From Okeania sp. (GTDB lineage: Bacteria > Cyanobacteriota > Cyanobacteriia > Cyanobacteriales > Microcoleaceae), in the NCBI RefSeq assembly GCF_035285525.1, contig NZ_JAYKGW010000157.1, positions 1 to 32,000 on the forward strand: DNA of 32,000 nucleotides, in the 5' to 3' direction. Within the stretch, counting starts at the first letter, position 1; every line of letters starts with the position of its first letter. A model generated the notes under the pieces. It was not told where the DNA came from and searched no databases. It saw only the letters and a program-made list of their open reading frames with translations. The position numbers and the translations under genes are program-made. Shown piece after piece: positions 8,492 to 15,469 of the stretch.

Positions 8492-9451
8492 TTAGCTAGT
8501 TTTATTTACAGCAATACTCTTCATAAACTGTTTTTTAATCAACTCAAAAGGACTGAGCATACTACTCAAGAAAAATTCTAGTTCACAGGCCGCTACTAAA
8601 TCAGTTTGAAGATTCTGTCTGTATTTATAAATGTGTAAGATAGCTCGGCGTAGACTTCCCATAACTATCTTAGTCATTACAATTGGCTTTTGCCAACTTT
8701 TGATATTAATCAAACGTAGTTCACAAATACAAAGACCTACAGTTCTAGATAAAGAAAGTAGATAATCTCTTTCTAATCTCCAGCTTGGTATTTTATGATC
8801 TAGGTGCATATCTGGATTATACCAAATTTCCCAGCCTCCCCTGTGTAAGTGGAGAGATATTTCAAAATCATTTCCTCCTCTTGTCGTTCTAACTAGGCGC
8901 TGAGGAACATTTTCTAACCAAGCCTTTTTCCTAACAACTAATCCTGCTCCTGGAGGTAAACTTAAATTTTCTGGATTGTATAAATGAGCTTTTGAACCCC
9001 GCTCTTTAATTGCTAAAAATGATTTAATTCTCCCAAAATTTTCAGGAGGTTCTACTTCAAAATCACCATGAATTTGACCGCCATAAGCTCCTGCTTTAGG
9101 ATATTCTTGAGCAAATTTATATGCCATAGATACCCAGTCTGGGGCTGGAAAAACATCGTCATCTATGAAACCGATTAATTCTCCTTTTGCTGCTTCGATA
9201 GCCTTCTGTCTAGCAAAAGCTAATCCTTGTTCGGCTTCAAAACAATATCTTAAATTATAAGACTGCGACCAATTTTTTTGGTAATCTTGAACTACTTTTG
9301 CTGTATTATCTTTGCTGTTATTATCAACAACCAGAATTTCCCAATCAAAATGTTCAGTGTTAATTTGCTCTCGCAATTTATCCAGAACTTTTGGTAAACG
9401 TTTTTCCCCATTATAGGTAGGGATCGCTACCGTGAACTTTATCTGTTTCAT
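8492..9451 (-). CDS. hpsE: Family-2 glycosyltransferase, HpsE-like (hormogonium polysaccharide type)
   Basis: 319 aa. FTVAIPTYNGEKRLPKVLDKLREQI...ILVVDNNSKDNTAKVV, then FIDDDVFPAPDW (DxD). The N-terminal region is a close paralog of the first ~330 aa of the next gene. The symbol is a family-level assignment only. Confidence 0.8.
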   Translation of the reverse strand: MKQIKFTVAIPTYNGEKRLPKVLDKLREQINTEHFDWEILVVDNNSKDNTAKVVQDYQKNWSQSYNLRYCFEAEQGLAFARQKAIEAAKGELIGFIDDDVFPAPDWVSMAYKFAQEYPKAGAYGGQIHGDFEVEPPENFGRIKSFLAIKERGSKAHLYNPENLSLPPGAGLVVRKKAWLENVPQRLVRTTRGGNDFEISLHLHRGGWEIWYNPDMHLDHKIPSWRLERDYLLSLSRTVGLCICELRLINIKSWQKPIVMTKIVMGSLRRAILHIYKYRQNLQTDLVAACELEFFLSSMLSPFELIKKQFMKSIAVNKTS

Positions 9452-9503
9452 AGAGACTTTTAAAGTTATTGTCGATCATAACTTATGTTGTATTTAAGGT
9501 CGG

Positions 9504-9646
9504 TATAGCAATCAGGAATCAGATGTGAGATTTTAGTCGTAACTAGGTAGGATTCAGGAGTTAGAAATCAGGAGTCAGAATGTAAAAAGATTTTGATTGA
9601 TCTTGATCATTCTTAAATATCTCATCAATCATTCCTGATTGCTATA
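9504..9646. mobile_element. MITE family C (16-bp perfect TIR TATAGCAATCAGGAAT ... ATTCCTGATTGCTATA)
   Basis: Perfect 16-bp terminal inverted repeats read directly. 143 bp, located between the two GT2 genes. Confidence 0.7.
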
Positions 9647-9887
9647 GACGAAAAAAATTACAAGTACGTCCGAAACGACTGGAACTGACTACAAGGAAGC
9701 AATAGATAAGGGTTGCAACTACTTTAACATTTCGTTACTGAAAAATAAAAGTATAAAACCTCTCCTTTTAAGGCGCAACTGCTTTTGGGAACACAACCTT
9801 CCAGGTTGTTACAGCCTGGAAGGCTGTGTTACAAATGTACCTCACAATCTTTAGGCATTGCTGTAATCAGCAAGCTCTATTTTAATT

Positions 9888-11714
9888 TTAGGTAAATCTC
9901 AAAGGTTTAGGAGAATCTATAGCATAGCCTTGAGCATAATGCAATCCTTGGGTAATAATATTATCCATTATCTTGCTGTTTTCAACCGCTTCCGCAATCG
10001 TTTTAATACCTAATTTATCACCCAGACTATGGATTTTTTCTATGCTGATGAGATTTCTACTGTTGTTAATAACTCCTTGAATTAATTTGCTATCAATTTT
10101 CAGATAATCTATAGGTAGTTGTTTGATATGCTCAGACATGGAGCTAAGATAGCCATCATTATCTGAGGTAAGATGACCAGCATTATCTAAGGTAAACTGA
10201 CAACCAATTTCTTTCAGCATCTTCATCAGTTTTGCTACTTTTTCTTTATTATAAATAGCAATACTTTCACTGATTCCTAAACTAATTATTTCTGGTGAAA
10301 TTTCATGCTTATCAAACTGCTGACGCAAGAAATCTACGAATGTTTCATCATTGACACTAGCAGCACTAATGTTAATCTCATACAAACATCTATTGTCTTG
10401 AACTTTAGCCCCAGAAAGTTGACTCAACAACTTCCAAATTACCCATTTATCAATGATTCCCATAAAATTGTAACGTTCAGCAGTAGGTATAAACTTTCCA
10501 GGTAATATAATCTTCCCTTTTCTGTCTTCTATTCGCAGCAGAATTTCTAAATGTCTTCTGTTTAAATCTTGGTTGCTAATAGGAGATATGCTTTGACCAT
10601 AAAGACAAAAGTTTTGTTCTTTAAAAGAAAAGTTTTGTTCTCCACAACAACAGTTTTGTTCTTCAATAGCTGTAGCAATAATCTCTAACCAATTTTCACT
10701 GCCATCAAGTCGTCGGTAACTTCTGGCTTGAGCTTGAGACTCTTGTTGTTTAGCCCACAGGAAAAAAGGACTTTTGATTGTATTCCACAAAAATTCTGTT
10801 TGGCAAGCTGTCACAGTATCAGTTTTGATTAACTTACCTTTTTTCATCCTGTGAAGTACCAATTGTCGCCAATCATTAGCCATGTATGCTGGAAAAGCTA
10901 AAGGTTTTTGCCAACTTTTGAGAGTCATCATTCTCATACGATTTCGACTCAAACCTACACAACGAACTACCTTGAGTAAGTAATCTTTTTTCAGTCGCCA
11001 ATTAGGAATTTTATGATGAACCACCATTGCTGGGTTGTACCAAATTTCCCAACCTGCTTGCTGAATATGTCTTAAAGCTTCTAAATCTTCACTAGCTAAT
11101 CCAGCCTCTTTATCAGTATGATTCAAAAATAATGTCTTGGGAACTGCTTTTTCCCAGGCTTGTTTACGAACTACTACTCCAGCACCAGGGGGTAACATCT
11201 TATTTTTAGGCTTGTATAAACTTGGTTTATTACCTCGATTTATAATTCCTAAAAAACAAGCTATCTCTTTAAAGTTTTCTGGCAATTCTGATTCTGAATT
11301 TTGTTCAAAAAAGTATCCATGAATCTGACTGCCAAAAGCACCAACTTGAGGATGATTTTTCCCAAAACTATAAGCTTGGGATACCCATTCAGGAGCAGGT
11401 AAATTGTCATCATCTAGGAAACCAATAAATTCTCCTCTGGCTTTTTCCACTGCTCTTTCTCTAGCAAATGCCGCTCCTTGCTTTGCTGCAAAAGCATATC
11501 TTAATGGAATTAATTTAGGCCAGTCAGTCTTTTGATGATTTGCATAATCTCCTACTACTTCCGCAGTTTTATCCGTGCTGTTATTATCAACTACGATTAC
11601 TTCCCATGAGAAGTTCTCGGTATCTATTTGTGATTTTAATTTGTCTAATACATCTGGTAGACGAGCTTCCCCATTGTAGGTAGGGATAGCAACTGTGAAA
11701 TCAACCCTGTTCAT
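9888..11714 (-). CDS. Fusion protein: HpsE-like GT2 glycosyltransferase (N-terminal) plus EAL domain (C-terminal, apparently degenerate)
   Basis: 608 aa. N-terminus: FTVAIPTYNGEARLPDVLDKLKSQI...VIVVDNNSTDKTAEVV, FLDDDNLPAPEW. C-terminus carries EAL-domain blocks: LEILLR, PGKFIPTAERYNFMGIIDKWV, EINIS, LGISES, FTLDNAG, YLKIDSKLI, IAEAVEN, AQGYAI. Confidence 0.85.
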   Translation of the reverse strand: MNRVDFTVAIPTYNGEARLPDVLDKLKSQIDTENFSWEVIVVDNNSTDKTAEVVGDYANHQKTDWPKLIPLRYAFAAKQGAAFARERAVEKARGEFIGFLDDDNLPAPEWVSQAYSFGKNHPQVGAFGSQIHGYFFEQNSESELPENFKEIACFLGIINRGNKPSLYKPKNKMLPPGAGVVVRKQAWEKAVPKTLFLNHTDKEAGLASEDLEALRHIQQAGWEIWYNPAMVVHHKIPNWRLKKDYLLKVVRCVGLSRNRMRMMTLKSWQKPLAFPAYMANDWRQLVLHRMKKGKLIKTDTVTACQTEFLWNTIKSPFFLWAKQQESQAQARSYRRLDGSENWLEIIATAIEEQNCCCGEQNFSFKEQNFCLYGQSISPISNQDLNRRHLEILLRIEDRKGKIILPGKFIPTAERYNFMGIIDKWVIWKLLSQLSGAKVQDNRCLYEINISAASVNDETFVDFLRQQFDKHEISPEIISLGISESIAIYNKEKVAKLMKMLKEIGCQFTLDNAGHLTSDNDGYLSSMSEHIKQLPIDYLKIDSKLIQGVINNSRNLISIEKIHSLGDKLGIKTIAEAVENSKIMDNIITQGLHYAQGYAIDSPKPLRFT

Positions 11715-11893
11715 ATTGAACGCACCTCAACTAAAGTTTTTGCAATGTTTCTACATGGTGCTTTTGTTGCTTGATTTTCGCTGGCCTTGAAGGCGATCGC
11801 GAAATACAAACAATCAGGATACTCTACAGTCTGAGTTTAAGTGCTTAAGCAAAATTAGCAGATTCCAGGTACATTAAGTACAGATATTCAGAT

Positions 11894-11997
11894 AGGACTA
11901 AAGCCATGGACGCTACTGGTAGGGTGTGTTTTGCTACGCGACATGAAAAGCCTACTTCGTAATGCACCAATATATATAGAGCCTTTGCGTAAGTCCT
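11894..11997. mobile_element. MITE family A-related element (same ends, different core)
   Basis: AGGACTAAAGCCATGGACGC...GCCTTTGCGTAAGTCCT. Sits about 180 bp upstream of the GT2-EAL start codon. Confidence 0.65.
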
Positions 11998-12672
11998 GTC
12001 AGAATTAAATCTAGTGCGGGCATCTTGCCCGCGACGGGTAGATATTGCCTGTGACAGGCGCTCCTCACGCTTAGTGGAATCCGCTATAATTGTGCATTGA
12101 TTTCTCAATTGGTCAGACTTAGAGACGAAATTATATACAAATAATTTTGCACAACTACTTATCCTGTAAATTCACCAAGTAGTTTGAATATTCTCTCTTC
12201 GGTTAAGTAGAATTACTGATCGTTTAATTGAGATGCACCCGAGCTATTGGCGTTTATAGCAATTTTTTCAAAGATTCTGACTAACTCTATAACTCATCAA
12301 AAAAGACATAATACAGCAACTGAGGCTAAGTTCTAAACAGAGTTAATCAGGAGTAAACAGAAGAGAAAAAGTGAGTAATCTATAGATTATTCAATAATGT
12401 TCTAATTTTTTAGACCTGATTTACTATTAACTAATCCAAAACTTTAAGACTGTACTATATTTTTGTAAGATTTTTTATTAGTCGGATATGAAATCAATAT
12501 ACACCCTTTTATGAAGAATTGGTGAAAATTTCCCAGAGATTTATAAATTTTCAGTAAAAACACTTAAGATTAAAATTAACCAGCTCAAAGCCTTGACAAA
12601 CTAATTTTAAAGTGGTAAAAAATCAGCAAATTTAATCCTTTTATGATTATTCTCAAAATATGTTGGCCATTT

Positions 12673-12692
12673 CAGTTATCAGTTATCAGTTA
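12673..12692. repeat. STRR-like heptamer (CAGTTAT), about 3 units
   Basis: CAGTTATCAGTTATCAGTTA read directly. The same heptamer recurs at 12981-13006, 15144-15163 (reverse complement) and 22303-22320 (reverse complement). Confidence 0.9.
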
Positions 12693-12980
12693 GGGTTTGC
12701 TGATTAAATATAAAAGCTTTTACTGGTAAAGGTTTTAGCCTTTTTAAGTCTGGAAAAAGTTCAACTTTTTAAGGATGAGGAAATGATGTATACTAACGCT
12801 ATTTTTTATTTATTGATATCGTCACTCCTGTCTCCTGAATCTTGACTCCTGTCTCCTAGTCCTCACTTTTGCAAAGACACGGTTAGGGGTTATATAACCC
12901 ATATTCGGCAGTTCAAGTTGTAGTATTAAAATTATGCAACTTACAGCGCTTTTCTTTCCTGATAAACCACATCGTCATTT

Positions 12981-13006
12981 CAGTTATCAGTTATCAGTTA
13001 TCAGTA
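12981..13006. repeat. STRR-like heptamer (CAGTTAT), about 3.7 units
   Basis: CAGTTATCAGTTATCAGTTATCAGTA read directly. Confidence 0.9.
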
Positions 13007-13179
13007 GAGAGTGAACCTCCGACTAAACTTGGAGGCTGGAAATACTGAGTTAAAATTTTTTCATCCCCGAACCAGGGGAGGCTTTATACCTCTTTTTTTG
13101 GTCATAACCAAAACTCCAGGGGCGAATGGGATTCGCCTTCATTGTTGTATGCAATGTCCGTACATATAAAAATGTCAAT

Positions 13180-13275
13180 AGACATCTCCAAAAATAAAAA
13201 GTAAAATCAATTCTCCCATAGGAAATTATCAATTCTTATTCCCTGTTCCCTGCTCCGTCTTTCCTGGAGATGTCT
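13180..13275. mobile_element. MITE family B, second copy (inverted relative to 1695-1817)
   Basis: AGACATCTCCAAAAATAAAAAGTAAAATCAATTCT...CCCTGTTCCCTGCTCCGTCTTTCCTGGAGATGTCT. Confidence 0.7.
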
Positions 13276-13334
13276 AATTGTTATGATGTTTTATATAGGT
13301 TTTATGGCAGTGTCAAATATAGTTGAATAAAATT

Positions 13335-14519
13335 ATGCGAATCTTACAAATAATACCTTCTATTTCTCTAGTTTACGGCGGTCCTAGTCAAATGGTTTCA
13401 GGACTTTCTACCGCTCTTGCTGCCCAAAATATAGATGTTACTATTCTTACCACAGATTCTAATGGGGATATTGGTCAACCGCCTTTAGATGTTCCCCTAG
13501 ATAAACCTGTCACACAAAATGGTTATCAAATTCGTTATTTTCGTTGTTCTCCGTTTCGTCGTTATAAATTTTCTCTACAATTATTACAATGGTTAAATCA
13601 ACACGCTAATGAATTTGATTTAGCTCATATTCATGCTCTTTTTTCTCCAGTAACTACTATAGCTGCAACTGTTGCTAGAACTAATAATTTACCCTATATT
13701 TTAAGACCTTTAGGAACTTTAGATCCTGCTGATTTACGCAAGAAAAAACAACTGAAAAAAATTTATGTTTCTCTGTTAGAAAAGCGGAATATTGCTCATG
13801 CTGCTGCTTTGCATTTTACCAGTACCCAAGAGGCAAAAATTTCTGAAAGATTTGGTTTATCTACAAAAGATTTAGTAATTCCTTTAGGTGTTAATCCTCC
13901 CAAAAATATTCCAGAGGAAAGTTTAGTTAATTTTCTTCAATCTCAAGGTATAGAAACTAAATATCCGATAATTTTATTTATGTCTCGCATTGAACCAAAA
14001 AAAGGATTAGATTTATTATTACCTGCTTTAGAAAAGTTATTGACTGAAGGGATAAATTTTCAATTTATTTTAGCAGGTGCTAACCCTCAAGACCCTAATT
14101 ATGAGGAAAAAATTAGGTCAAAAATACAAAATTCACCTCTGGCTAAATTTACAAAAATAACAGGTTTTGTTACAGGAGAAATAAAAGCAAGTTTATTGCA
14201 AGTTTCTGACTTATTTGTATTGCCTTCTTATTATGAAAATTTTGGTATTGCCGTAGCAGAAGCAATGGTAGCAGGCACCCCAGTCCTTATTTCTGACCAA
14301 GTTCACATTTGTCAAGATGTCGCAAATGCAAAAGCAGGTTGGGTTGGTGCTTGTCAAATAGAAGATATGGTTACTTTAATTAAGTCAGCTTTGCAGGATG
14401 AAACCGAAAGAAAACAACGAGGTTTGAATGCTAAAAAATTAGCTGAAAATAGTTATAGTTGGCAGGCGATCGCTACACAAACTATTCAAGCTTATGAAAA
14501 AATTATTGCTGATAAATAG
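13335..14519 (+). CDS. GT-B fold family-4 glycosyltransferase (Glycos_transf_1 type)
   Basis: MRILQIIPSISLVYGGPSQ N-terminus. E-x7-E motif in PSYYENFGIAVAEAMVAGTPVLIS. The ORF track begins at TTG 13323; ATG 13335 is the more plausible start. Confidence 0.85.
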   Translation: MRILQIIPSISLVYGGPSQMVSGLSTALAAQNIDVTILTTDSNGDIGQPPLDVPLDKPVTQNGYQIRYFRCSPFRRYKFSLQLLQWLNQHANEFDLAHIHALFSPVTTIAATVARTNNLPYILRPLGTLDPADLRKKKQLKKIYVSLLEKRNIAHAAALHFTSTQEAKISERFGLSTKDLVIPLGVNPPKNIPEESLVNFLQSQGIETKYPIILFMSRIEPKKGLDLLLPALEKLLTEGINFQFILAGANPQDPNYEEKIRSKIQNSPLAKFTKITGFVTGEIKASLLQVSDLFVLPSYYENFGIAVAEAMVAGTPVLISDQVHICQDVANAKAGWVGACQIEDMVTLIKSALQDETERKQRGLNAKKLAENSYSWQAIATQTIQAYEKIIADK

Positions 14520-14588
14520 GTTAAAAGTTAGAACAAATATTTATAGCAGTCACCAGGATAGTTGAGGATATTCTCATTCTTTCAAAAA

Positions 14589-15104
14589 TTAATCAAAGAG
14601 AATTTCAACTTCTGACTTATCTTCAGAGTTTTGATTAATTCTCTGCTTTTTAGACTTCCTTTTACTAATCTGATGAATTTTTAATTTGTCTTCAAAAATT
14701 TTTGAAGCTGTTTCTTGATGCAGTTCCAATACCTGACACAAACGAAGTAAAAATACTCGTTCTTTTCCGGAGAAGACCCCATCTACTAAAACTAGATCGG
14801 CAGCTAATATAAAAGCTGTTTCTTTATGCTCCTTATTTAAGGAATCATTAGCTATAGCTACTAAATTATTAATTCCTTTTTCGGTGACTGTATTGAACAA
14901 CTTATTCAGCATATTTGTAATCTGTTTTTCTGAATAGCTTTTAAACATTTCCATTTCAGACAAAAGCAACATAACTCGTTCTGTTTCTTCATCTAAAATA
15001 TAGCCATCTGAAGCAATAGCAGATACTGCAATAGCTGCTATTGCTTCGGGTTGTGAGAATATACCTCGATGTCCATTGTCAAATACCTTATCTAGTAAAT
15101 TCAT
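14589..15104 (-). CDS. TerB-family (tellurite-resistance-like) domain protein with a basic/acidic C-terminal tail
   Basis: 171 aa. Two-fold pattern typical of TerB-like domains: AIASDGYILDEETERVMLLL and AADLVLVDGVFSGKERVFLLRLCQVL. Confidence 0.5.
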   Translation of the reverse strand: MNLLDKVFDNGHRGIFSQPEAIAAIAVSAIASDGYILDEETERVMLLLSEMEMFKSYSEKQITNMLNKLFNTVTEKGINNLVAIANDSLNKEHKETAFILAADLVLVDGVFSGKERVFLLRLCQVLELHQETASKIFEDKLKIHQISKRKSKKQRINQNSEDKSEVEILFD

Positions 15105-15177
15105 TTTAGGTATTGTCTCCTAATTTATTGTTTTTTGACTTCACTGATAACTGATAACTGAAATTACTAGACGTCCT

Positions 15178-15358
15178 CTACATCTTTTCCCCCCTTCCGA
15201 AGGAGGGGTTAGGGGAGATACTTTTATTGGGTTTCCTCCCTCAACCCAACCTACATCTTGTTCCCCCCTTCCGAAGGGGGGGGTTAGGGGGGATACTTTT
15301 GTTGGGTTTCCTCCCTCAACCCAACCTACATCTTGTTCCCCCCTTCCGAAGGGGGGAG
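15178..15358. repeat. Tandem repeat, about 2.5 copies of a 73-75 bp unit containing two G/C-rich hairpins
   Basis: Unit CTACATCTTGTTCCCCCCTTCCGAAGGGGGGGGTTAGGGGGGATACTTTTGTTGGGTTTCCTCCCTCAACCCAAC starts at 15178, 15251 and 15326. Hairpins are CCCCTTCCGAAGGGG and GTTGGGTT...AACCCAAC. Confidence 0.9.
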
Positions 15359-15469
15359 ATGAGGTACACCCACACGAGCAACATGCTCCCACTGTAAGGA
15401 TTTAACTATTTTGTCTTGTACATCATTAGTCCAAAATATACTGTATTTATTAATTGATAAATGAATTCA

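Noticed and set aside
9792-9829. 15-bp stem hairpin (ACACAACCTTCCAGG / CCTGGAAGGCTGTGT) as a rho-independent terminator of the GT2-EAL gene
   Set aside because: No U-tract follows the stem on either strand. It may be part of a repeat element, so terminator function cannot be supported from sequence alone.
10305-11322. Plus-strand ORFs 10305-10505 and 11137-11322
   Set aside because: They are antisense and internal to the GT2-EAL gene, short, and carry no motifs. The same reasoning applies to 338-550, 447-638 and 892-1125 inside the RTX/SGNH gene, and to 6778-6960 inside the phosphodiesterase-family gene.
11845-12108. 87-aa ORF on the minus strand
   Set aside because: It runs straight through the MITE at 11894-11997 and a GC-rich hairpin, and has no recognisable protein features.
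13050-13232. 60-aa minus-strand ORF
   Set aside because: It spans MITE family B and hairpin repeats in the large non-coding spacer, with no coding features.
12109-13322. Hidden small gene, tRNA or riboswitch in the 1.2-kb divergent spacer
   Set aside because: I found only short hairpins (e.g. GCGGGCATCTTGCCCGC near 12018 just left of the spacer, GGGTTATATAACCC near 12887, GGCGAATGGGATTCGCC near 13120), STRR heptamers and MITE fragments. There is no cloverleaf-like structure, no c-di-GMP riboswitch consensus and no convincing small ORF. A covariance-model scan (Infernal/Rfam) is needed to exclude ncRNAs.
15141-15392. 83-aa ORF on the minus strand (MGACCSCGCTSSPPFGRGEQDVGWVEGGNPTKV...)
   Set aside because: It is the translation of the 73-75 bp G/C-hairpin tandem repeat. 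The peptide is internally repeated for that reason, so it is not a credible gene.
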